A stretch of DNA of 64,000 bases from Macrostomum lignano. Lineage: Eukaryota. The notes below the pieces were generated by a model, which was not told where the DNA came from, did not search any database, and saw only the letters and a list, made by a program, of their open reading frames with translations. The number at the start of each line of letters is the position of its first letter. The first letter of the stretch is position 1. The position numbers and the translations under genes are program-made. The stretch covers positions 26,235 through 90,234 of the forward strand of contig NIVC01003126.1 in the NCBI GenBank assembly GCA_002269645.1, in the 5' to 3' direction. Below are positions 33,236 to 45,322 of the stretch, piece by piece.

Positions 33236-33625
33236 CTCTCCTCTCGTCTCCTCTCCTCTCCTCTCCTCTCGTCTCCTCTCCTCTCCTTTCCTTTCCTCTC
33301 CTCTCCTCTCCTCTCCTCTCCTCTCGTCTCCTCTCCTCTCCTCTCGTCTCCTCTCCTCTCCTCTCCTCTCCTCTCGTCTCCTCTCCTCTCGTCTCCTCTC
33401 CTCTCCTCTCCTCTCCTCTCCTCTCCTCTCCTCTCGTCTCCTCTCCTCTCGTCTCCTCTCCTCTCCTCTCCTCTCGTCTCCTCTCCTCTCCTCTCCTCTC
33501 GTCTCCTCTCCTCTCCTTTCCTCTCCTCTCCTCTCCTCTCCTCTCCTCTCCTCTCGTCTCCTCTCCTCTCCTTTCCTCTCCTCTCCTCTCCTCTCCTCTC
33601 CTCTCCTCTCCTCTCGTCTCCTCTT
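33236..33625. repeat. (CTCTC)n microsatellite, right of the LTR element
   Basis: Pentamer repeats with CTCTCGT variants. Confidence 0.97.
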
Positions 33626-34606
33626 ACTTGACTTAACTGCAGGGCAGTCCGAAGACGCAGCGGGGAGGCGAGAATCGCCCATTCCGCTAAACCCTGGTGA
33701 CCCGCTTCGGCAATGGTGCAGGGCCATGCAGTCAGGGCGGTCCGCCAGTACGTCCTGCAGCGTTTTCTTCATTAGGGAGAAAGAGGCTCGTCTAGTTGCC
33801 CGAAGGAACCGGACGAGCCGTGAGATGTTCTCGGGTCTACAAACGTCATCGATGGATGGGTTTGGACCGAGGTGGTTTAGCCGCTCCCTGGTGAAGAACG
33901 GGCATTGACAGACGAAATGTTGAGCATCTTCGTTGTCGTACAGTACTCGCAAGAGGGGCACAGTTCATTCCGGATGTCGCCCCGGAGGAAGCAGTGCCTA
34001 GCGAAGCAGCCATGACCCGTGAAGGTCATAGCAAGAGCCCGGATGTCCTTCCTGCTTTGGTTCAGGAGGACAGTTCGAAGCTTTCGAGATGGACGAGGGA
34101 CCGCCGCACGTGATTGGCGGCAGGTGGTGAGGTTCATCCATCTGTCCCTGTGCAGGGCGGAGGCCCAGGCAACAATGCTGCGATTGATGGTGGCCGCAGG
34201 GATTGGAGCCAAGGGCAGGGGTCCCTGGAGGGAGCCGCCACTTCCTTGTTTTGCAAGCGAGTCGGCTAGCTCGTTTCCAGGGAAGCCCGCGTGACCTGGG
34301 ATCCATTTGAGCTGGACAGCATTTTTGCGTCCCAGCGTATTGAGCATCCGGACGCAGTCGGAGACCGTCTGGGAGGCCGTAGTGGTGTGACAGACGGCTA
34401 TATAGCAGAGCAGCCTGACTGTCGGGGTGAAAAACTATAGTTTTTCCGGAAGTTTTTTGCTGCATACCTCTGCAGTGTGCAGGAGCTAATAGCAACTGGA
34501 CTTCGTTCTGGAAGACAGTATAGAGAGTCTTCCAGTGTGCTGGGCATGCGTGGCGAGCACGCGGCCATTGGTGAGAAAGCAGACCCCAAAGCCGGGGAGG
34601 CCGTCT
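33626..34606 (-). mobile_element. Degenerate 5'-truncated non-LTR retrotransposon (RNase H, CCHC finger, 3' UTR)
   Basis: Frameshifted RNase H motifs GFGVCF, TVFQNEV, PDSQAAL and WIPGHAGFPGNELADSLAKQG. Then HGCFARHCFLRGDIRNELCPSCE / DNEDAQHFVCQCPFF. Confidence 0.88.
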
Positions 34607-35386
34607 TTTCTCGTCTCCTCCCGTCTCGTCTCGTCTCGTCTCGTTTCCTCTCGTCTCGTCTCGTCTCGTCTCGTCTCGTCTCGTTTCCTCTCGTCTCGTC
34701 TCGTCTCGTCTCGTCTCGTCTCGTCTCGTCTCGTCTCGTCTCGTCTCCTCTCGTCTCGTCTCGTCTCCTCACCTCTCGTCTCGTCTCGTCTCGTCTCGTC
34801 TCGTTTCCTCTCGTCTCGTCTCCTCTCCTCTCGTCTCCTCTCATTTCTTCTCGTCTCCTCTCGTTTCCTCTCGTCTCGTCTCCTCTCCTCTCGTCTCCTC
34901 TCATTTCTTCTCGTCTCCTCTCGTTTCCTCTCGTCTCGTCTCCTCTCCTCTCGTCTCCTCTCATTTCTTCTCGTCTCCTCTCGTTTCCTCTCGTCTCGTC
35001 TCCTCTCGTCTCGTCTCCTCTCATTTCCTCTCGTCTCGTCTCCTCTCGTCTCGTCTCCTCTCATTTCTTCTCGTCTCCTCTCGTTTCCTCTCGTCTCGTC
35101 TCCTCTCCTCTCGTCTCCTCTCATTTCTTCTCGTCTCCTCTCGTTTCCTCTCGTCTCGTCTCCTCTCGTCTCGTCTCGTCTCGTCTCGTCTCGTCTCCTC
35201 TCGTCTCGTCTCGTCTCGTCTCCTCTCGTCTCGTCTCGTCTCCTCTCGTCTCCTCTCGTCTCGTCTCGTCTCGTCTCGTTTCCTCTCGTCTCGTTTCCTC
35301 TCGTCTCGTCTCCTCTCCTCTCGTCTCCTCTCATTTCCTCTCGTCTCCTCTCCTCTCGTCTCCTCTCGTTTCCTCTCGTCTCGTCT
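34607..35386. repeat. (CTCGT/CTCTC)n microsatellite
   Basis: Pentamer repeats with a higher-order ~60-bp periodicity in the middle. Confidence 0.97.
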
Positions 35387-35750
35387 TGTCATGCGCTAGG
35401 TTCTCTGTATCTGGCCCTTGAGGTAAAATTTCGCCAACCCCTGTTTTAGAACATATGGGCCACCTCGTCTTGGGTGTTTATGTCCTGTCAAGTTGTTTAA
35501 CAGGTCAACCTGCCCTGGGCCGATCTTAATTAATGATCACCTATAGCTACCATGGCATTTTAATAGTCAAATAGTTTAAGGAAAGCGATCCTTTTGCGAA
35601 ACATTTGCGAAACAGCGAAACATTTTGCACGTTAAAAGTCTTTGTGTTTTCGTACCGATTCAAAAGCGGCGTTTTCAAGGAATCGGTCACGTTAGGTGAG
35701 TTGAGAATAAAGCAGAACTTTAAGTTTTCTATTCTTACTTCTACATTTAA

Positions 35751-36450
35751 GCAAGGACGACTTAAGTAGAAGGACGGGAAACCTCGTTTCTTAGAAAAGT
35801 TTTGAAGGCACTTTTTCCCGAAAAAATACACTACGGAGATAGGAAGTTTTCATTTTTTCAGCACAAAAATTGTTATTGCGTTTGATAGGAGGCAGATCCA
35901 GTGTTCATCTTTTGATATGTTGTGCCTTTTTTATTGCTCTATCGATATTTATAAAGCTTTTCGTTCAGAAAATTAGGATTCTATGTTAATTTTTTATTCT
36001 ACGTATATTTTCGCGCGTCTTGTGCTTGAAATACATTAGAATGCCACGGCTCGGCTCTTTAGCTTCATGAGTCTTTTTTATCATTCTTACCCGACTGTTT
36101 AGCAAATATTTGTAACAGAGATGATAAAATAGGTTCATAAAACCAAATATTGGAGCTGTGTCATGCATTTTTGTGATTTTTAGATACAGGAAATATACGT
36201 AGAATAAAAAATTAACATAGAATCCTAATTTTCTGAACGAAAACTTTTATAAATATCGATAGAGCAATAAAAAAGGCACAACATATCAAAAGATGAACAC
36301 TGGTTCTGCCTCCTATCAAACGCAATAACAATTTTTGTGCTGAAAAAATGAAAACTTCCTATCTCCGTAGTGTATTTTTTCGGGAAAAAGTGCCTTCAAA
36401 ACTTTTCTAAGAAACGAGGTTTCCCGTCCTTCTACTTAAGTCGTCCTTGC
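35751..36450. mobile_element. Foldback/MITE element with 260-bp terminal inverted repeats
   Basis: 35751-36010 is the reverse complement of 36191-36450 with only a few mismatches. Flanked by direct ATTTAA (35745-35750, 36451-36456). Confidence 0.88.
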
Positions 36451-36779
36451 ATTTAAGTCAGATAATAAAAAGTAAACCCAGAGCAAGCAATGGTGACAGT
36501 GAATTTCAAAATATTAAATTTTTCAAAGTGTTAAAGTATCTGTAAGACTTCAGGTCGATGATAATATCAAATAAACTTCAAAAGTTCAACTTACATACTA
36601 TTTTATTTATCTTCAGCATTCAGGTTTTATAGATTTCACTTAAAAATACTGTTTTTTTAACTTCCTAGTTTTATCATTGGATATTTAGCTTCTTAAATTT
36701 ATCATGTCTGTCTATTCTAATTGTATTTTTTACATAAGACTATTTATCTAAATTTAGCAATTAAAAACATTAACATATT

Positions 36780-36973
36780 CAAGGGCATAGCCAGGAATTT
36801 CCTATGGGGGGATACACCAAAGGTGAATTTTCTATGGGGGGATATGCCAAGGTAAAATTGCTATGACAGAGACATGTGGTATCATGTATAGCAACAGAAG
36901 GCAACAAAAAAGTTTTGGTCAAGCTCTTTGGGAGGATACATCCCCCTCCCTATCCTCCCTCCCTATGCCCTTG
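36780..36973. mobile_element. hAT-type MITE (194 bp)
   Basis: TIR CAAGGGCATAG/CTATGCCCTTG; perfect 8-bp TSD AACATATT (36772-36779, 36974-36981). Confidence 0.88.
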
Positions 36974-38130
36974 AACATATTACCAATTTATGAATTTATC
37001 TAACTTTTTAATTCAAAAATAAGTTGATACAATGATACTCATAGAATTTGAGCAATTTCAAATAAATAAATACCCTTTGCATCAATCTGGTAGGCCTAAT
37101 ATTAATAAAGGCCAAGGGGGGCCTATTTCTAAAAAGTAGAATTCTAGCATAGGCCTAACCAAAATTTTCTTTTAGTTATCTATACTATATCTAATCTCAA
37201 ATATTTACCTGTTTGTATCCTATCCATATCCATAGCTAGTATATTTTCTGTAACTTCCTTGCTTTGGTTACAAAGCACTATTAACCAATAATACTTAAAG
37301 AAAATATTATAGCATTAATCTAAATTTTTGTCACCCACTACTCTATCTATACAAAAGGTAAGGTACCCCACACTCTGGATCATATAGTATACGCCCAAAA
37401 ATTTGGTTATTGGTAAGAGAAAAAAAGAAAAAAAAGAGTTGGTATTAAGTAGAAAAAAGATAAAAAGTTCATTTTTAATTATAAAGTGCAATTTTTGGCA
37501 TGCTTTGCATTAATTCAATTTTTGCTTGGGTGTGCACCCAGCACAATCTAGACTATGGAAGATAGACAAGAAAAAAATTAGACAGATTTTTTGTATTATT
37601 AGGAATAAGCAACTTATACTAAGAATTTCTTAAAGAGGTATAAGTAAATAATCAAAGTTAAAAATGGTAAAAAAATGGCTTTAGCTTATAAATGAGTAAG
37701 CCTATGTCATTTTTTGGTTCCTTTTTAGTTTTTTTAAAATAAATATTAATGGAATCATACATTGGTCTAGGCCTATCTTTTATCGTTTATATCAAATAAA
37801 AATAGTTTGATTTCCATTTTTCTACATTTGTAAGTGATAAATAGGCACTGAAAATAATATTTTTTTATTTATTTATAGGTTGTGTTACTTATAAGTATCT
37901 TAATAGAAAGTTATTATTTTTAGTTTACTTTTTAAAACTTAAGTATATAGGGCCACATATTCGTAATAAAAAGTTTTTGTATAAACACTACTATTCTAAT
38001 AAAAATATCTCCTAATTTAGTTATTCTTTAGTATATGTTACAATTTATTAAAATCTTGATTAAAAAAATATTGCTTATGACTTTAATGAAATAAAACAAT
38101 TTTAATAAAACTTTCAATACATACATTTTC

Positions 38131-41100
38131 ATGGCTCAATCTAACATGTCAACAGTAGCCAGTGCTGCTAACAGTCTAATTGAAGTGGATATTGACAAGC
38201 AGATCAATCTAATCAATTTAAGTAGGCTATCATTGCCTCAGCACACAGTTGTAAACTGCATATTTGTTAGTCCAAACTCAGAACTTAGTTTGGCTCAGAA
38301 CAGTTTGGTAAAAGTGAGAGCAGAGTGTCCATGCTCCGATGACAATACATGGAAGTCACCTGTTCGTCTTGCATTTGTCAGAGTTTGTAGCGATTCTAAA
38401 GGTCAGGAAGGTGACGGCCAGCTTCTTGCCGGCCATCCAAGTCTGATTCACAACCTGTTACGAGCTAAAACTTCGAGACAAGCTGACGTCGTTAAATGTC
38501 ATATTTACTGCCCTTCAGTGAGGCTTAGAATTGAGCAGTGCTCAACCAACGATACTGCATCAGCTAAGCGAGCACAAAGCATTCAGTTAGCATTGTCTCC
38601 TTCGCCACACTACCCTATCGGATATGAATACAAGTCCAGTTTGTTTGAGCTGTTCTCAACCCAGCAGTGCTTGTATCTGGGCGATCTTGTAACTGTGCCT
38701 GCATGCCAAACAGATGCTGCGACTCACGAGCTTGCGACTGGCACTGTGCTGTACTATACGGTAAGATTTAAGCCAAGAAATTTATAATACTCAAAAAAGC
38801 CTATTTTAATCGGTCAAGTTTAGAAAAAGCCGAAAGTAATGGTAGATTTTTTATTAATACTACTTGCTTTTACTAAGTAAGTAGTCCGATTGATTTTTTG
38901 TCAGTATATTTACCATGAACACGGATAACACGGAGCTTCACAAAAGTTCCATATGACACGGAGCTTGGTTTTGGATGGTGTCACCGAAGGCATTGTGCCA
39001 GGGTGCTTGGACCTCTTGCGAGTAATTATATTTCTGTGATATGCTATGATTTTGTTTTCTAATAGGGCAAATGTGCAACCGACAGCTCAGCCGCAGCTAT
39101 TGCGCGGCGCATCTGAAGGCTGCGTATGGCTGTTCAGTCCAAGGACTGTGGGGTCGCCACTCACACCCTCAATTACCCCAGCTAATGCTGGCACCCATTT
39201 TACAGCTGGGTAAACTGAATTGCAATGCAGAGTTAAGTGTCTCGCTCAAGGACATACAAATTGTTTCGAGTGAGTCAAGAATCGAACCCGCGACCTTCAA
39301 GTCGTGAGTCCGACGCTCTGACCACTAAGCTACAACCCCAGTTTTATTTTTACAGTTTTGAAGCATCAATCCAAGGTTGACAAGTCGCAATGAATAAAAA
39401 TATTCACGTAATTAATAATTCTTTCCTAATTGAACAGGTGACCGAAGTCAGCTCGGCTCTGAGCACCTTGCCGGGCCAATACTGGCCGGCTTGGAGTTCA
39501 CAGCAGCCTCCGAGTGCAAGCAGCCAACAACAATTACAAATCGGCTGTAAGTATCCTACGCACCGCGTCTTTATCCTTCGCCATCGCTACCGTTAGCCCG
39601 CAGGTTTTGTTAACGACTGACCCACTTTGCTGCGTCGATGCGTTGACGCTTCGATTGAGAATAGTCTTCCAGCCGTCACTGTGCTCCTGCACGGGCCAGC
39701 GGTTGCGGCAAAGCTGCCGCCGCTCTAGCCGTAGCTGACCGTCTCAGTTTACACGTCCGAATTGCTCGATGTGAAAATTTAACCGTCCAACTGCCTGGTT
39801 CGGTCAGTAGTAGCGACGGGTCTGCTCTTGGCTCTGCGTCTGACTATGGCGAGGAAGATTTTTCCACCATCCTGTCCGGTGACGCAGCCCTGCCGAGACT
39901 GCTGCTACTCACTGATGTCGGCTTGTTAGCTAGAAAACGGGACGGTTTGTCGGGTGCCGATCCGGCGGCTGTGACTGCGTTGGCTCGGTTGCTGAATCAG
40001 ACTGGCCGACAGCAGCAGGGTTGGTTGGAGCACACAGGTGTTACACTCGCTCACACGTGATTTACAGCGGCCTAGTTTAAATGCTTTTAAAAAATCGTAT
40101 TTGAAGCCAAAAAAATTGTCATTGTCCCGCAGACGGTCAAGGCCGGCAGCCGTCAGTCATAATTGGCACCTGTCAATCACTCAGCCAGTTGGACGCGGGC
40201 TTGCTGGCCCTGTTCCAGCTAGACCTGGCCGTGCCACCGCCAACCGAGTCGGAACGTCGGCAAGCTCTGCTAAATGCCGGCGCTGGTCTGGAAAGCGACG
40301 CCGCATTGCTGGACCGCTTAACTCAGCGCAGCGTCGGTTTCAACGCCGCCGAGCTCTGGGCGCTGAGACGGCGCGCTCGTTTGTCGGAATTTGGCTACCA
40401 AGATTCTGCTGAAGAGACTATTGATCTTACCGCTACTAGAAGCAAGCTTACAACAAATATCGAAGGTCAGATTCGTCCCTCTGCCCTGTCTGCCGCCCTG
40501 GATGCGACGCTGAAAGCTCGAGCTGCTTCTCTCGGCGCGTCGAGTCTGCCTACAACCGCCGCTGTAGCCTGGGAAGACGTCGGTGGTCAGGAAGCGGCCG
40601 TGGCTGAAATTTTAGCGACAGTGGAGGCGCCATTGAAACGGCCGGAGCTGCGACGGCACCGACGCTGCGGCCTGCTGCTCTACGGTCCGCCTGGCGTTGG
40701 CAAGACCCTGCTGGCCAGGGCGGCGGCCAGCCAGTTGGGGCTGTCCTTCCTGAGCGTGAAAGGTCCCGAGCTCGTCAACATGTACGTTGGTCAATCCGAA
40801 GCGAACGTCCGGGCACTGTTCGCTGACGCAATTCGTCTTGCGCCTTGCGTTGTATTCTTCGACGAATTGGACTCGATTGCGCCGGCTCGTGGCGGCGGCG
40901 GCGGAAGCGGTGCGGTTGACAGAATCGTTTCCCAGCTGCTCGCCGAACTTGATGGCATCAGAACGGCCGACGCTGCTGTTTTCGTCATTGGGGCCACCAA
41001 CCGAGCCGACCTGCTAGATCGCGCTCTCCTTCGGCCTGGCCGATTCGATCAGGCCTTGCTAATTGCGCCGGCCGAAAGTCTGGAGGATAAAACGGCCCTT

Positions 41101-41385
41101 TTCAGGGCTCAATTACGGCGACGCACGTGCGCACCGGATGTTGACGTTGAGACGCTGGCTGCCGCTCTGCCGTCGCTTGTCACTGGTGCTGATGTCATGT
41201 CGGTGGTGTCCAATGCCGCCGATCTGGCCTTGCGAGAGGCGGTTTCCGCCATAGACAGCGGATCGGAGGACGAGCTGAGTGTGAATTGTTGCCTGACTCA
41301 GGCCATGCTGCTTAGCTGCGCCAAAGAATTGGCGCCCTCCGTGACTGCTGAGCAAATGCTGGTTTATCGAAGCATGCAAGTTTGA
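38131..41385 (+). CDS. PEX6: Peroxisomal AAA ATPase PEX6 (exon 3 appears disrupted)
   Basis: Exons about 38131-38760, 39438-39546, 39604-40037, 40133-41385. D2 domain WEDVGG...GLLLYGPPGVGKTLLA...FLSVKGPELVNMYVGQSEANVR...FFDELDSIAP...DRIVSQLLAELDG...ATNRADLLDRALLRPGRFD. The D1 Walker A (VLLHGP/SGCGK) is split by a 1-nt frameshift at about 39697, and there is an in-frame TGA at 39618. Confidence 0.88.
39055..39338 (-). mobile_element. tRNA-derived SINE, copy 1
   Basis: Minus strand has a tRNA-like head (A box TAGCTTAGTGG, B box GGTTCGATTC), then GTCCTTGAGCGAGACACTTAAC...CCCAGCTGTAAAATGGGTGCC, a V/Meta-type SINE core. Related copies at 44.3 and 61.7 kb. Confidence 0.85.
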
Positions 41386-42321
41386 GGTGGATATTTAATT
41401 TTTTAAGCCTGTTTTTACTAGCTTTTGTCTTTTTTACTGTTTTTTTACGAAATAAACCGTTAAAAGAAGTGCTGTTTTGATTTTAAAGAAAATAGTTTGT
41501 TACTTAGTATTTAACTGGCACTGTTTTGTGGCCTCAGCTCAGTTCTTAAAGTTATTTACTATACTGTTACTACAGTAAAGAGTAAAGATTCTAACTTTCA
41601 GCAGCAGCCATCTATGAATATCCAAAATATGGGCAAAAATTCTATTGGAAGAAATACAAACCGAGAGGTAAAAAATTAGTGAACATAGCTCGTAATTGAC
41701 TGACTTTCGAAGTATTAGATGTGTAACTTTTTTCATGAAGATACTTCTGACAAAAACTACCAAAAGCAAATGACGACTGCCCAAGTATCATCAAGGACTG
41801 ATGGACAAGTCTGATGACAAAGGGAATGCCTTGATGCCTTTCTGGCGTGGATACATTGCTATATCTAATGCTTTCTTATCCAAACCGGCGATCCAGCGAA
41901 AAACTATTTTGTTCGGCTTAGAAAGTAAAATAAAACAAAGTAGCATTCAAAAATAAGTAGGGACACTGCGTTTTTGCTTCGTAAAATTATCGAACCACTA
42001 TACTTTAAAAATAATGCGTATCATGTAAAAGAAGAATAAAGTCGAAAACCTAAAAAGAAGCACAGAACTCAAGTTGAAATTTAACTTCTCACAATTCGCA
42101 TACTTTTTAACCGACTAATCATATTATTCGAATATGATAAATCTTGTGAGTCAACGTCTGTAGAGATCGAAGTTATTGGCGAACTATCAATAACTAGCTA
42201 AATACCAGTAAGAGTTTCTGAGATAAAAATGTTTTTTTACAAATGTACTAGCTGGCTACCATAGCTATTTCTGATTTAATATGGCTATTTCAAATTTCTA
42301 TCCATTTATCATACATAAAGT

Positions 42322-42695
42322 TAGGGGTCCCAATCCCGAGATCCCGCCTTTTTGTTAGTGTTCAGGGGCCCGGTATCCCGGTAAACACGGGATTGGAATT
42401 CACACTTTGCAGAAGTGAATATTTTTCGTCTTGCAGTTAGCACTTAACTGTTTTGAGAGAATTTTTGCATCCTGAGAATGAAGGACAGTAGGATTATCTA
42501 TCAACTGTATCAAGCACTACTAGTCACTACTAAGAGTCTAGTCTAGACTTTAGTCTAACTGTCTAAGTGGCAATGGCCTGGACCTGGACACTGGGCCCAC
42601 TAGCCCGGGCCCCACTGCACGCTGCAGGCGCTGCTACAGAAAGGAAAGGGGGCAGAAAAAAGTGATGGGGTGGTGACTGGGTTCTGAGTCTGAGC

Positions 42696-42778
<83 letters not shown>

Positions 42779-43128
42779 TCTGTGTTGGGGGCAGAGAAAG
42801 GCACCAGCACAGCGATACAGTATAGTCCTAATCCAAGGGAGGGTGTAGTTTAGTATGTATGTACAATTGTACATGGATAGTGAACACTGAACACTGATCA
42901 TTGGACAAGGACTAGAAAGCCAAGACTTCAACTATTTTATCAATGCAGTATAAGCTAGAAATAGAAAGTAGAAACCCAAATGATGCTCAAATTAGTTGAG
43001 AAATTTGTTTTGTGGACAATGGAAAACTTTGTGTAAATTTGTTTGGCCTGGGATCTTGGGATTGGGTCAATTTTTTGTCCAGGATCCAAGGTCCAGGATT
43101 GTAAAATGTCCAGGATTTGGGACCCCTA
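42322..43128. mobile_element. hAT-type non-autonomous element (807 bp) with internal (TG)n
   Basis: TIR TAGGGGTCCCAA/TTGGGACCCCTA; perfect 8-bp TSD CATAAAGT (42314-42321, 43129-43136); subterminal GGGATT/ATCCC motifs. Confidence 0.88.
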
Positions 43129-44265
43129 CATAAAGTCATGAATTTAAATAAAAATATGAAAAACCTTGTCTATTCTTTATTGTTATCTTAGGGTTCAATG
43201 CATTGGACCCTTGGTTTGACTGCTTGTCTATGTCTTGCTTTGTTTAAATTTTAATTAGTCATATTTAATTAGGTCTATTATTTATATCTATGGGTTTTGG
43301 AAAATGTAATAGCTATAAATTAAATTATATCATATGAAATTATATTAACAGTTGTAAGTAGTTTTAATTTAAGTACATTTTTGAGCTTCAAGTAGGTAGA
43401 TTCTATAATTCCTATGAATTTCTTAAGGAACTAATTGTCATAGTCGAAAATTAAATGATTAAAATCAAGGATTTATGGTGCATCCTATTTTTTAAGTTAT
43501 CAATTCCTAAGCAATAGCTTAGAGAAGTAAGACACTTTATGGACTGCATCTTGAATTAGATTTTCAGTTTTCATAAACATATAGGATACAAAAGTAGTTT
43601 GACATGTGCTAGTATTAGTGCACTAAAATCATACCTTATGCAATGCTTGAGTGATAGCTCTGGGTCCAGAAATGGCCAATCATGTTGATGATTATTTGTT
43701 AAAAATCAGCCTACAATTATATTGAGTTATATAAATTTTGCTAACTTCATTGTTAGTTATCTCTGTTATGTCCCTGATACATATCCAATTTATATGATCC
43801 TCAAAAATTGTGAACAGAATGCCTGTATTATTATTTATTCCACCATTTTTGTAGAAACAAGCTTCTTTTAGATCATAAAAATTGAATACATATCAGGGAC
43901 ATTTCTGCAACCAAAAAAGTTATGTATTGGAAACATCTAACTTTCTAATTTTGCTGCTTGGGGAGTACTTTCCCAGCCCTGCTCCACATATATGGCCTCA
44001 CACTTGGTTCCCTAGGAAGCCAAGATATGAATTTTCCATGACAATGTCATGGCAATCTCATCTGCTGCAATCAATTTCGCTGTAATCTCTGATGCATTTT
44101 AGTACTGACTAAATTCTCAAAAAAAACTTGTTTGAACATTAATATAGTTCATATGGTAAATTTTGGTCAAGTACATAATAGTACTGCTTCCTGGAAAGCA
44201 AAGTGCTTATCATGTACTGTAGTGGATTCATTGGCTTAATATAAATAATGATAATAACTGATTAT

Positions 44266-44600
44266 ACCTGCCCTAATAGGGCAGATGTGCAACCGACAGC
44301 TTAGCCGCAGCTATTGCACAGCACATCTGAAGGCTACGTCCAGCTATATACAGTAATAGCCATAATATTCTTCTGTAATATTATGAATATTACTTATAAT
44401 ATTATTTAGAAAGTAATATATAGATGCAGTAATATTCTTCAGTCCAAGGACTGGGGGGTCGCCACACACCCTCAATTACCCTAGCTAATACTGGCACCGA
44501 TTTTACAGTTGGGTGAACTGAAGCAATGCAGAGCTAAGTGTCTTGCTCAAGGACACAAATTGTTCCAAGTGGGTCAAGAATCGAACCCCCAACCATTGGG
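44266..44600 (-). mobile_element. tRNA-derived SINE, copy 2 (AT-rich internal insertion, head truncated)
   Basis: Shares GCCCTAATAGGGCAGATGTGCAACCGACAGC...TTTTACAG...CTTGCTCAAGGACACAAATTG...AATCGAACCC with copy 1. Confidence 0.82.
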
Positions 44601-45322
44601 TTGAGCAAAGTGCAAAAGAGTAAGGAGTACTGATTACCTTGTGGTAAATACACAAGTTTTTGAATGTTTGAAGACAGTAAAAGCTGCAGTTTATCAAGGC
44701 TGCATGTACATCCTGCTCCTACGAGCGGAATTAAACATATATGAATACCGCTATAATACTTAAGCATGACTGTAATGATTCTCTAGTGATAGTTTAAATG
44801 GAAGGACAATATAAGGTTATTCGTAAGTGGGACTTTAGGATAGTCACCCGACTCACGAGACGACCGTCCGGCGCTACCTGGCGATTAAATGGCACAAGTC
44901 CTTGCAAAAATATAGCAATGCAGTTTCGCGTGCCCTGAATATGGGAGACACCGCACAGACCCACGGCATGGTACTTGCACTGTGAAAATTGTACCATACT
45001 TATGGATACTACTGAATAATTCTCATAATTAATGTTTGCATTTATTTTTCTTGTTTGCGTTTGTTGTTTCTGCTCTAAAAATAACCCACCACTATCCTTA
45101 GGTCAACAGCATTATCCAGAGGTTTCAAGTGAAGAAATGTATTGGGTGTAGATTAGGTTTGACCATAGACATTTTATTTTATCCTACTAAAGGCTGATTT
45201 TTGACAATGCGTTAATCAATTAATAAATTATTATGTTCAATACGCATACATGTCTCATGCATAGATGTTACTGAGCTTGATCTAGCCATTATTTCATATT
45301 CCAGTATCGCCAAGTTGGCGGC

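Larger units (their letters stand above)
21451..35443. mobile_element. Old hAT (Charlie-like) MITE split by a microsatellite and later insertions
   Basis: Left end CAAGGGTCGGCAAAC..CGGCCCGAGGGTCACGTGCGGCCC (21451). Right end GGCCCTTGAGG..TTTCGCCAACCCCTG (35443). The flanking 8-mers TTTTATGA and TTTTAGAA match at 6/8, consistent with a decayed TSD. Confidence 0.65.

Noticed and set aside
39270-39338. tRNA gene
   Set aside because: It is the tRNA-derived head of a SINE, joined to a SINE body, and has no complete cloverleaf.
39618-39620. TGA reassignment or readthrough as the explanation for the PEX6 stop (and for the open-looking sequence after the FReD stop at 63370)
   Set aside because: TGA terminates the neuropeptide, PEX6 and helicase ORFs normally, and multi-kb ORFs contain no internal TGA. 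It also would not explain the frameshift.
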